Positions 52,701 through 61,594 of a DNA stretch of 64,000 nt are shown here, piece by piece; the stretch's first letter is position 1, and each line of letters starts with the position of its first letter. This DNA comes from a virus. The DNA lies in IMG/VR virus record IMGVR_UViG_3300025018_000004, positions 1 to 64,000 of that record; one strand, 5' to 3'. Below the pieces are notes generated by a model. The model did not search any database. It was not told the DNA's origin and worked only from the letters and a program-made list of their open reading frames with translations. A program made the position numbers and the translations under genes.

Positions 52701-54342
52701 TCATCTCACAAAGGACTATTCTGTTGTAGTAGACAAGGAGACCGGAGAACAGATCAAGGTAGAAGCCGGTGAGGCTTTGAGCGAAAATCTCATTCCGGAA
52801 ACTCTTTCTTGGAAAGATCTCCAGGAAGGGGACGATGTTATATTTGAGCTGGATACCAACTTTGTTCATCCTGAAACTGGAGTCACATATGACGAATTGT
52901 CTGAGGGCCCAGATGCATGGAAGAATGTACCCATTCGCGTTGTCTACAAAGGAAAGCCTGTTGGCTGGATTCATACGGTTGATTGGGTAGATGCCAACCA
53001 GAACGGGAATCCTACGAATGTAGCTCATTACGTAAATCAACGTAACAACTGGGAAGATCAAAAGCAGCGCATCCGTGACCTTCGCAAGCGCATCTGGAAA
53101 AGTGAATCCATGTCCGCTGTGGTCAGCCACCATGGTATTGGCCATCTGAACCATTCTCTGGCTCGTAATGAGGAGGGGAATATCGAGAGAGACAGTAGAG
53201 GAAACGCAATCAAGGAGCGTCGTTCTGTGGCAGAGAACACAGGCGACAATATCCGTTTTGTCGTATCCAAGAATGGACAGTTCTTTGATGGTAGAGACCC
53301 GGTCAAAAAAGAATTGGCCAACAAAGAGGTTTTCCCAACTGGTCAGCCAGGCATCCTTCTCCCGACCAGCGCACGGAGAGATGGCAAACAAGTGTGGATG
53401 GCTGTGCCCATTTGGATCCCTACTGCCAAAGATGCTGATTCTCAGCTTCCAAGCGACATTTTCAATATTATTCGAGCCTTTCACCGGCCAAGCAATGCTG
53501 CGGAAGTAGAGCAGCTCTCATCCGCATTGGATACTCAATTCGGATCCAATGTTGATTTCCTCTCTGATTACATCGGCAACTTCTTCTTATCCAGAAGCTT
53601 CAGTAACTCTGATATCAACAACCCGACAGTGAGCTCTAAGAGAGTGTTCATACACGTCGGAACTGATACTGGAGATCTCAGAATTGCCAAGCATGGCGCT
53701 TCCCCTGGAGGTGGTATCGTATACACTACTAATCAGACACACGCCAGGAAGTATGACAATGCTCGGTATATGTTTGAACTAGCTCCGGATGGCTCCTATC
53801 TACATCAGGAAGCCATTGAGTCTCTGATTGGAGATGCTTTCCTTGACCTCAAAATTGAAAAGGCTAACGGCCAGTCAACAATCAATCGTGTCACGCTCGT
53901 CGATGGGGCATGGGAAGCGAGACCAACCTCCTACAAGGAGTTTATGCGTAACTCGTTTTCAACAACTGTCAATGGACAGACTCTTCCGAATGGAGAGATG
54001 ACGTACTTTGTACAGCCCAACATTATCTTTTCTGAAGGGTCGCAGAAACCAGAGATTGTCGAAAGAGAAGCCCCAAGTGAAAACGCACCCCTTGAAAGAT
54101 TGGATGCAGAAGAAGGTGATCCCGCAGTGCCTGGCCCAGAAGTTGCTAATGACCTGGATAAGTTTTTGCTTACCGACGAAGAGTATAACCCCAACATCAA
54201 AGGAACTACTTTCAGCAAAGGTGAGGCCGAGGCCGCAAGGTCAGACAGCCCTTTCTTCAGCTATCCTTCTGCGGCAGAGAGAGATATCAAGGCTAATGAC
54301 CTGGAATCTGATGGTGACGTTCAAGTGACTTGCAAGGTATAA
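49717..54342 (+). CDS. giant virion-internal (ejected) protein candidate (1541 aa)
   Basis: Gly/Ala-rich hydrophobic N-terminal region (GAGLVESIGSFFVVGAGLAAGTSKIASGVASLANMMAKG...), followed by about 500 aa of charged coiled-coil-like sequence. Confidence 0.85.
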   Translation: MSDLSNLNSMPVQTDATGEGPGGTPPSPLDKLKAIRGINLGSTPPVPADTVQTDTSPLGRLRQAQGNPYQIGTNRGKLFSSANVSEYAPYMLGIDPNQNLDEIRAQNQSNFEQLGHAIVRTPFRAALGIAEGAGYLLDFEAVGKTLALGALGQPEYHNWLSDIAKTGKENISEALPIYREQAQKVWNPGDAAWWIDNGAGLVESIGSFFVVGAGLAAGTSKIASGVASLANMMAKGTQIARGAAQVATAGGLAYVEGAMEGVEVYDQVYRLGVEQGLPEAIAKQHASDAAANTVKINTFVNTGLNMTGAMAFFRPMRSQGAITKAGLGMNAGESMSAYLTRLKDTPAKGFMSTLLAESAREAPQEALEEVVNEISSAEGLFKGNALLGVEDGRNIAERVVDVLLTPEAALAATLGAVGGAGQALVTGLAPSLTLKEGDGVKNAAVYKKLQTRGSREHAAIMEAQTQTRTRLIKLVENHIDARNRMQKASEEGNIEEYRKAKDDLFDVITEDRIVTGMEEQLIAGFEAVRDMTPEEAQDAGFDADPDSDEYYKKLADDRIRKSKKLTKRWNEIQDTYNFDSDEHLSRLPYFIFGSEVQIESLNDQLSRVRDAKQKLSADQQAQSMFLDTDVTFDSLLQLDEQRAALDKQKKTLATKIKSTQELMKTDSGRARLQKMYDTYDMDSIILGLNDAVAAIGRRETDIGRQVEQISDSIKESDGMDAYNDWLNKNIAYKEALEEISNIEAGAQTELAEIQTSLNNVLSQRGRRNFSKAFNNELTRLQDIQKEAIKEEIKQAQTREELTQISNQIDPDQTPEISDELERKNAELNRLEDDKARKAEKEILDQKGREMDAQLELEAKLNINQEVPITQRRDFEDLTERNNLLEFMLEIDDRQELDEAFLHFSKLYNLDDDFQRVIFERQSQLSFSNKRQDRDDSLDVSDSATAPDEPTTNRYRSMEEMDDSLDASQEGREETSSSGKTQSVGLKIVEASLALAHLTKDYSVVVDKETGEQIKVEAGEALSENLIPETLSWKDLQEGDDVIFELDTNFVHPETGVTYDELSEGPDAWKNVPIRVVYKGKPVGWIHTVDWVDANQNGNPTNVAHYVNQRNNWEDQKQRIRDLRKRIWKSESMSAVVSHHGIGHLNHSLARNEEGNIERDSRGNAIKERRSVAENTGDNIRFVVSKNGQFFDGRDPVKKELANKEVFPTGQPGILLPTSARRDGKQVWMAVPIWIPTAKDADSQLPSDIFNIIRAFHRPSNAAEVEQLSSALDTQFGSNVDFLSDYIGNFFLSRSFSNSDINNPTVSSKRVFIHVGTDTGDLRIAKHGASPGGGIVYTTNQTHARKYDNARYMFELAPDGSYLHQEAIESLIGDAFLDLKIEKANGQSTINRVTLVDGAWEARPTSYKEFMRNSFSTTVNGQTLPNGEMTYFVQPNIIFSEGSQKPEIVEREAPSENAPLERLDAEEGDPAVPGPEVANDLDKFLLTDEEYNPNIKGTTFSKGEAEAARSDSPFFSYPSAAERDIKANDLESDGDVQVTCKV

Positions 54343-54343
54343 C

Positions 54344-57300
54344 ATGGCAAAGTGCATCAATGGAATTGGAAGCATTGAGTTTGAAAGTGCTGCTGAACGT
54401 AATCGATTTGACGTATATCTACAGTCATACGCCAATGACGTAGATAAAGCATATGAAGCCTATCTGGCTGAAAAGATAGAGCGGGATGCGTTCCTAGCGG
54501 ATGAGTTGTCCAAATACACTCTCCCTGGATTCACTCCGTCCCAGCAGCAGCAAGTGCTTAGCGGTCTAACCTTCAATCTTGGTCAGGCCATTCTTGATTC
54601 CACGGATGATCCAAATGCAACGAATGCTGTAAATCAGCTGTTTTCGAATGAGTTCTATGCTCTCCGTCTTCAGTTGACAGATGCGCATAAGCGCGGAGAC
54701 GTTGTCCTGGCCAATGAGTATCTCAAGGTTCTCCAGAACTGGGATGCTATCAAAGGGATGATCGTCTCAAATCTCAAGACGCTTGGTATCAACATTAAAG
54801 GAGCATCTGAAACCGCAGAAGAAGCCACGTCAGCTGACGAGTATTCAGATTCCCTTTCAGATGCTCTGTTTGATGCCATGGCCTCTGAGCTAGGAGTCGA
54901 TGGTGATTTTGTTGTTGAAGGAGAAGATTCCAACTATGAGCGGACAAAGTGGGAAGATGATGCTATTTTCCAGATCCAGGCAAAAGATCGGGCGTCTTCA
55001 CGTCTCCGTATGTTCATGGGGCGGGTACCGGAGGTGGAGCGGAGCATGAGTGGAGATCTGGTGGTCCGTCGTGGCTACCTGGGACTCACCAGATACATTC
55101 CGTTTGATACACTTTGGGAGAACACCACCTCCTTCCTTGCCGGGAGAGATCCTGATTTTGATCTTTTCCTTTCAGAGATGCAGAACAGTGGAAATGTGTC
55201 TTTGAAGCATCTGGCTACAATGCTGTCACAAGCAGATGAGCGGATAAAGTCCGAGTTCATGACCTCCATGTCCAAGTTCTATGTAGACATGATGCTGGTT
55301 ACATGGTCTCCTGAGTATACCAGCGGGACTGTGACAAGCTTCAGTACTCGTCTGATGCGCAGCAACAGGAACTCTGTTGCAGATACTGTCCTGTCTTCCT
55401 GGATCACGAATCAGAAAACGTCTCCTCTTGTCACATTTGTAGACGGAGAGATGATGATTGACTCAGTTCGAGTCAGAGAGATCCATGATTCCTATGCGAA
55501 TATGTGGAAAGCCGTCCAGGGAAAGGAGATGAACGAAGACAAGTTGGATCTTGTCCAGAACACGCTTGCATCTCTTGGCATCACGATGACCAAAGAGCAG
55601 GTTGGAACTCTGCAGCAGAAATCAAAGAAGATCTTCAACGGATCCTTTGATTACATGTTTGATCCACACGAGCCAAAGTCCTTTGTTTCTATCCTATTTG
55701 ATGGCTTCACGCCAAGGATGGCAACTGGAGAAGAGAGCTTGTTTGCACTGGCCAATCCTTTGATGGGGAATGCTGGTGGCCGTATCAAGAAGCTTGCTGA
55801 GTTTGTAGGAACAGAGTCTGATCAGCTGATGACTCCTTCTTACCGTGATGTGGAGAGAAAGGTGGTTCATCCATATCAGGATCATCATCTATTGTCAAAC
55901 ACAATTCGCAAGTTGCGAAGTGACGAGGAGCACATTCAGCAGCTGGTCATGGCTCCTTTCTCCTCCAGATCATTGTGGGCAGCACGCCTTCTGGAAAGTG
56001 AGGCAGATCGCAGCCTCTTGAACATGACGTATATCGACGGTATGCGCAAGCAGGGATCTCGTAGACCCCAGAAGCGCTCTAATATGTCAAAGGCTGAGCA
56101 GCATCTGTATGCAGTAACTCTTTTCCAGAATGCTCAGTTCAAGAGTGTCGGAAAGAGTGATGTTATGGCATCGTTCATCGTGCCAACCATGTCTGACAAA
56201 AGTGTTTCTCCAATCATCTCGTTTGTCAAGCAGAACGTCGACGTCTCAATTAAAGATGGAGAAGTCACTAGCTTCTCGAAGAATACCGTTGATCTCATCA
56301 TGAATGGCGTTCTTGCTGAAGCCACTCGGATCCAACACTTCCAGGACAAACTGGAAGGTAACATGGGTGAGAACTTCAAAGCCTATCAGGATGGGGCGAA
56401 AAACTTCTATCTGCATCCATGGCTGAACAAGGACGTCATGACAGACGAGGATGCGGCCATTGTCTGGGGAAAGAATGGATCTTTGCTCTTGACAACTGAG
56501 GCAGTTGGTGTGATGAGACGTCTCACAGTCAAGGCATATATTCAGAAGATCTCTGATCTACAGAAGCTCTGGAGAGACATTGGTCTTGTATCAGAAGAGA
56601 ATGGCAAACCCACACCAATGATGAGCCTTCCGCACCTGAACACCATTGGACCAAAAGACATGCCTGGCAAGATTGCAGCGGCTGCTGCTGATTTTACAAT
56701 CAATTACGCTGTCTTCTACTCCGAGTACTTCATGCTGATTGCTGGAGACCCTGCTCAGCATTTCAAAAAAGATGTTGAACAGACTCTGGACAACCTCCAG
56801 AAGCGTCTGGCCAAAGACATTGCTCCTACTTTGAAAGGTAAGTGGGCAGAGAAGGCTACTTTCCGCAAGGTCACTATTGGAGATCGCGTTGTCGATTCCA
56901 AGAACCGCGCCATGTACAGGAGGCGTCTTGGAGAGGACCTGTATGGTGATATCGAGTCCACTGATGCCCAGGAGTACACTACCCTGGAGGAACACATCAA
57001 TGTGATGCGAGCCTACGGTAAGATTGCTGAGCCGATCTACAAGTCGATCATGACGAAGATCAGGTCCAATCGAGGTGGATACTTCGAGCTATCTGATGAT
57101 GAGCGCGGGGTTATCCTGCAGCCAATGAAGCCTCTTACGGTGAACATGCGGCATTTAGATTACATCGAGGTCGATGGTAACCAGGTTCCGATCCACATGA
57201 ACACTTTGACGTACACCAAGTCGTCGTCATTCCCGCTTGTTCCAGAATTGACACGGGGTCTTGAAATTGACAAGCTTCGTGTAGCCATGGAAAAGGGCGG

Positions 57301-60300
57301 TATTGATAGAGCTGCTCATGTGAGTGCAGACAAGCTTGGAATCAAGACAACGAAGAACATTTATACGGGAGACGGGAAGATTCAGGACAGCATCGAATTT
57401 GATGACTATCAGGAAATTCCCAGAGAAGGATTTGGTCTACAGCAGGAGATGCCAGTCAAGAAGCTGGAGATTTCTACTGTCTCTCAGATGAACAAGTTGT
57501 TGTTTGACGGGATCAGAGAACTCAAAGGGTTCCGTTTCAATGGGAATGACTATTCCGGCGCTCAGCTTGAAAGCCTGAAGGAAGACATTCGGGAACGTCT
57601 CTTTGATGCTGGCTCAGCCGCTCTGAGAGACGAGCTTGGTCTTGTCCCCAATGGAGACGGGTCCTATCGGTTTGAGAACCTGGACAAGGTCCGTGAAGTC
57701 CTCATGCGTGAGGCCAAGGCCAGAGGATGGTCCAAATCAGACATTGAGAGTCTCGAGTTGACTGAGGATGGGTCCTCTTTCATCGTGCCTCTTGCATTCT
57801 CCCATGCATCACCGAGAATTGAGTCTCTTCTCCTCTCGATGATGAAGAAGATCGTTTCTCATCCGAAGGTGTTTGGGAAAGGGTTTGTTCAGGCTTCATC
57901 TGCCGGCTTCGAAGCAGTTGGTGGAGAACAGAATATTGTCTGGGTTGGAGACTATGATCCTTCAAAGGGCCTCAGTCATATGACTTGGGACAAGAACAAG
58001 GTCAAGCCTGCTCAGATCATTATCCCATGGTATTTCAGGGGAACAGATCTCAGAGACTATGTCGGAAATGATGGTCGCCTGGATCTCAGTCTGATTGACC
58101 CAGACGTCTTGAAGATGATTGGGGCTCGTATTCCGAACCAGGGACACAGCTCCATGGCTGCGTTTGAGATTGTTGGGTTTGTCGATCCAGCCTACTACTC
58201 ACTGGCCATCGTACCAGATGAGATTGTCACCCAGATGGGATCTGACTTTGACATCGATAAACTGTATGGCTACCTCACTCAGTATCAGATTGAGCCAGAA
58301 GACACTGGGAAGATCAGAAAGCTTCCTCTGGTAAAGAATCCAGATGAGAAGATGACAACTTCTCAGCTGAAGCAGGTCTATGCTGACATTCACTGGTCGG
58401 TTCTCACACATCCAGATGTGGCTGAAAGAGTCATGTCTCCTCTGGAACGTCCTGATCTCAAGAAGGAGAAGGAGCTTATTCGGGAAGCCAAGGGAGAGTC
58501 TGAGCTTCGAGCTCCTATTTTCTTTGACACACAGATTGATGACCATATCAAGAACCGTTCTGGTAAAGAGCTGATCGCCAAGTTCTCTCTGTACTCGACG
58601 GCACAGTCTGTTCTGCAGCCATATAATGTTCGTTTCTCACGAGACAAGGCTGGATTCAGCAAGTCTGATGCCTTCAAGTTTGACGGAAAGCTTTTTGATA
58701 GGCTCTCAGGTACGGGAGAGACGACGTATGATGGTGATCGCAGAACCAAGGCTCAGAACATTGCGTCTCTTCAGTCGGCTGCTGTAGACAACGCAAAAGA
58801 GAACGTCCTGGGTTTCTTGAACCTCAATCAGACCACGGCTCCGATTGCAGGTCTGATGGCTATGCTAGAGACACAGGACGGAGAGGCATTGAACCTGGCG
58901 TACATTGCCCGTTTTCTTTCTCAGCCAGTAGTGTCCATGGTAGTGGGCAGAATTGAGCAGTACCGCTCATCAATGAGGACAACCTTTGTTGCAGATCCGG
59001 TTGAGACTGCGATATCTGATACGTTTGATGAGCTGTTTGGGAAGGAAGAAGACATCGTAGGTGATTTGACCACGTACAAAGGCTCTTTCTCTGCCGGCCA
59101 GCTTCTCAATATGATTGAGGACTGGGCAAATTATGAGTCTCTGTCCAAGAAGCAGAAGACTGATCTGATATCAAAGCAGCTGAAGGCTCTTGAACTATTC
59201 AGAAGTTTGCAGGATGGAGCTGCCACATTTGATAGATTCCGCAGGGCCCTTCTGTTTGCAGATAGCAACGGGTCTGGCAAGTCTGTCCCTGAGATGAATG
59301 ATCAGTGGGCAGAAGCAGCTGATATTCAGTCCCTTGGGTTTGATTTTGATTCTACTTTGTTGGAATCAGAGTATTTCAAGGTTGCTGAGCATACACTTCA
59401 GATGGGATCTGCCTATTTCAATCAGCTGTTTGGATACTCCAGCGTCTTCTTCAGGTACTCTCGGAACCAGTTGGATAGTGGTTTGGGTCTCGAGTTGAAT
59501 GCAGAAGACCAGCAGCGCTTCATGAACTCCATCCGGAGCTTTCTCTACACTCAGACAGCTGTTTTTGGCAACAACAATGAAGAACTCAAGAGACTGACGA
59601 TTGGAGATGACTCTTTGGCTCATCGTGTCAACAGAGCAAAGGATACTAAATGGGGATCCAGGAATTACTTCTTGCAGAGACTCCAACCAAACATTTCTGA
59701 ATCCATCAAAACGCCAAACTTCGTGGAGTATATGAGTAGTAAAGCTGCTCGACTTGACGAAGAAGAGATCCTCCGGAGCTGGGCTAGCATGCTGATCTCT
59801 CCAGATATCTCACAGCGAAAGCTGGCGACTGACCTGGTTGCCTACTCCTACCTGAGCGGAGGTAGATTTGGACCAACGAGCTTCTCACAGCACGTTCCCA
59901 TGGCCTATTTGGTCAATATTGGGTTCGATGAGGCGCTCCGTAACATATCTCTGAATGATCCTGTGTTATCTGAGCGATTTGTTACACAGTATCTGCAGCA
60001 CAACCCGACGTTGACTCCAAACATCAGAGGCAACAAAAAGCTCATTTCGAAGATCACCCGTGCAACAACGGTTCTGATCCATCCTGATGAGCAGGGTATT
60101 GATGAGCTCCGAGTTGGGGATTCCCTGGCCATGGCTTTCCATGTTGGAAAGGCTGGTGGAGCCGCATCTCTGTGGCTCAATCGCGGTGAGCAAGCTGATG
60201 GAAGCGTGCTCTTTGAGAAAGTGGATCTCCTCGGGAAGACAAACTTCTACGAGTATGATGGGACCACAAGTACTGCAAAAACCATCTTTCCAGATCAGAG

Positions 60301-61591
60301 AGTCCGGACTCCTGAAAACAACAAGAGAATAGTTTCTACTCGAAAGGAAGAGCACAACTCCAATACGGATAGAAGTGAGTCACAAGGTCAGCCTGTTTCT
60401 GGGTTTACTGATCAGGTTCAAAGCATGGTTTCCATAGAATACCCGTCAATGACTGGTATTCAAAGGGCTCAGTACGCACTGGACAACGTCTCAGATACCA
60501 AGGCAAAGGGCATCGTTCCTATTCTGAGGGCTGCAGTCGAGTCTCTCGGATCCGGATTCTCATTTGAATTCGATGACGCGAGTGATGGTCGCTGGGATGC
60601 CGGTATGTATGACCCAGCTGATAATGCGGTGTCCATCTTCCATAACAATGTGTACAGCAAGGCTGAGGCTGAAACAGTAGTTATCCACGAGCTTCTGCAT
60701 GCTGTGACTCTCGAGCGTCTCCAGAACACGGATGATCCAATTGTCCAGAGACTGGTGTCCATCAGATCGAAGCTCTCCAATCACATCAAGAATGGTGCAG
60801 ACGGCAAGGCATATAAGGACTTCCTTGATGTGATGTCTCAGCCAATTGAGTCACGACGTCTTCTGACACAACAGGAGATTGATAGATTCTATCCTCTCAC
60901 GAATGTTGAGGAGTTTGTGGTAGCTCTGTTTGAGAACCCAGAATTCGTCAACTATGTGAAAGACTTCAAAACAGAAGGGGAAGGTGGTAAGACTGTTCTG
61001 GAGAACATCATTGCCGCATTGAGCAACTTGATCAGTAGGATCGCCAAGGAGTTTGGAGTCGATATCCCAGCTGATTCTACTGTCCGTGAGGCCATGGAGG
61101 CTGCTCTGCAGATCTTCCCAAATGACATTACACCTACCCGTCGTGATACTCAGGTTCCAGACAACAAAGACACGTTCCAGTATTATGGGGCTCGTTACAC
61201 TATTCTCCTCAAAAGAGATAGTCATTCAGAAGAGCTCTATCCTTATGCGGTAGAAGGATATAAAGGAAAGACGAGTCAGATGTTCAAGTTGCTTGAAGCG
61301 TATGAGGCTGATCCAGATGTCGATCCACAGAACGGAAAGAAATTCAGGAATCTCGAGACCGTAGAGGAAGAAGTAGACAATCCAAGAAGCGGTCAGGAGG
61401 ATATTGAACCTGAAGGAGCTCCTACATCAAAGGCGGAAGCTGAGATTTTGAGGAATGAAAGCCCCTTCCTTTCCCCCGCTACCCGTGATTTCGGCACAAC
61501 TGTTGACCAAGTCATGAAGAACATGACCAAGGAACAGAGAGATCTGTTCCGTAATTTGCGCAGAGAAGGTCTCATTAGAACCAAGTGTTGA
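54344..61591 (+). CDS. giant protein (2415 aa): two-barrel (DPBB) RNA polymerase-like core with a C-terminal HExxH metallopeptidase-like domain
   Basis: ARIPNQGHSSMAAFEIVGF...MGSDFDIDKLYGY (DFDID = nt 58244-58258, aa 1301-1305) parallels the beta-prime [17 protein letters not shown]...NADFDGDQM segment. HVSADKLGIKT (aa ~993-1003) recalls the beta GDK..GRHGNKG barrel. HELLH lies at nt 60686-60700, with EEFVVALFE about 70 aa downstream. Confidence 0.6.
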   Translation: MAKCINGIGSIEFESAAERNRFDVYLQSYANDVDKAYEAYLAEKIERDAFLADELSKYTLPGFTPSQQQQVLSGLTFNLGQAILDSTDDPNATNAVNQLFSNEFYALRLQLTDAHKRGDVVLANEYLKVLQNWDAIKGMIVSNLKTLGINIKGASETAEEATSADEYSDSLSDALFDAMASELGVDGDFVVEGEDSNYERTKWEDDAIFQIQAKDRASSRLRMFMGRVPEVERSMSGDLVVRRGYLGLTRYIPFDTLWENTTSFLAGRDPDFDLFLSEMQNSGNVSLKHLATMLSQADERIKSEFMTSMSKFYVDMMLVTWSPEYTSGTVTSFSTRLMRSNRNSVADTVLSSWITNQKTSPLVTFVDGEMMIDSVRVREIHDSYANMWKAVQGKEMNEDKLDLVQNTLASLGITMTKEQVGTLQQKSKKIFNGSFDYMFDPHEPKSFVSILFDGFTPRMATGEESLFALANPLMGNAGGRIKKLAEFVGTESDQLMTPSYRDVERKVVHPYQDHHLLSNTIRKLRSDEEHIQQLVMAPFSSRSLWAARLLESEADRSLLNMTYIDGMRKQGSRRPQKRSNMSKAEQHLYAVTLFQNAQFKSVGKSDVMASFIVPTMSDKSVSPIISFVKQNVDVSIKDGEVTSFSKNTVDLIMNGVLAEATRIQHFQDKLEGNMGENFKAYQDGAKNFYLHPWLNKDVMTDEDAAIVWGKNGSLLLTTEAVGVMRRLTVKAYIQKISDLQKLWRDIGLVSEENGKPTPMMSLPHLNTIGPKDMPGKIAAAAADFTINYAVFYSEYFMLIAGDPAQHFKKDVEQTLDNLQKRLAKDIAPTLKGKWAEKATFRKVTIGDRVVDSKNRAMYRRRLGEDLYGDIESTDAQEYTTLEEHINVMRAYGKIAEPIYKSIMTKIRSNRGGYFELSDDERGVILQPMKPLTVNMRHLDYIEVDGNQVPIHMNTLTYTKSSSFPLVPELTRGLEIDKLRVAMEKGGIDRAAHVSADKLGIKTTKNIYTGDGKIQDSIEFDDYQEIPREGFGLQQEMPVKKLEISTVSQMNKLLFDGIRELKGFRFNGNDYSGAQLESLKEDIRERLFDAGSAALRDELGLVPNGDGSYRFENLDKVREVLMREAKARGWSKSDIESLELTEDGSSFIVPLAFSHASPRIESLLLSMMKKIVSHPKVFGKGFVQASSAGFEAVGGEQNIVWVGDYDPSKGLSHMTWDKNKVKPAQIIIPWYFRGTDLRDYVGNDGRLDLSLIDPDVLKMIGARIPNQGHSSMAAFEIVGFVDPAYYSLAIVPDEIVTQMGSDFDIDKLYGYLTQYQIEPEDTGKIRKLPLVKNPDEKMTTSQLKQVYADIHWSVLTHPDVAERVMSPLERPDLKKEKELIREAKGESELRAPIFFDTQIDDHIKNRSGKELIAKFSLYSTAQSVLQPYNVRFSRDKAGFSKSDAFKFDGKLFDRLSGTGETTYDGDRRTKAQNIASLQSAAVDNAKENVLGFLNLNQTTAPIAGLMAMLETQDGEALNLAYIARFLSQPVVSMVVGRIEQYRSSMRTTFVADPVETAISDTFDELFGKEEDIVGDLTTYKGSFSAGQLLNMIEDWANYESLSKKQKTDLISKQLKALELFRSLQDGAATFDRFRRALLFADSNGSGKSVPEMNDQWAEAADIQSLGFDFDSTLLESEYFKVAEHTLQMGSAYFNQLFGYSSVFFRYSRNQLDSGLGLELNAEDQQRFMNSIRSFLYTQTAVFGNNNEELKRLTIGDDSLAHRVNRAKDTKWGSRNYFLQRLQPNISESIKTPNFVEYMSSKAARLDEEEILRSWASMLISPDISQRKLATDLVAYSYLSGGRFGPTSFSQHVPMAYLVNIGFDEALRNISLNDPVLSERFVTQYLQHNPTLTPNIRGNKKLISKITRATTVLIHPDEQGIDELRVGDSLAMAFHVGKAGGAASLWLNRGEQADGSVLFEKVDLLGKTNFYEYDGTTSTAKTIFPDQRVRTPENNKRIVSTRKEEHNSNTDRSESQGQPVSGFTDQVQSMVSIEYPSMTGIQRAQYALDNVSDTKAKGIVPILRAAVESLGSGFSFEFDDASDGRWDAGMYDPADNAVSIFHNNVYSKAEAETVVIHELLHAVTLERLQNTDDPIVQRLVSIRSKLSNHIKNGADGKAYKDFLDVMSQPIESRRLLTQQEIDRFYPLTNVEEFVVALFENPEFVNYVKDFKTEGEGGKTVLENIIAALSNLISRIAKEFGVDIPADSTVREAMEAALQIFPNDITPTRRDTQVPDNKDTFQYYGARYTILLKRDSHSEELYPYAVEGYKGKTSQMFKLLEAYEADPDVDPQNGKKFRNLETVEEEVDNPRSGQEDIEPEGAPTSKAEAEILRNESPFLSPATRDFGTTVDQVMKNMTKEQRDLFRNLRREGLIRTKC

Positions 61592-61594
61592 TAC

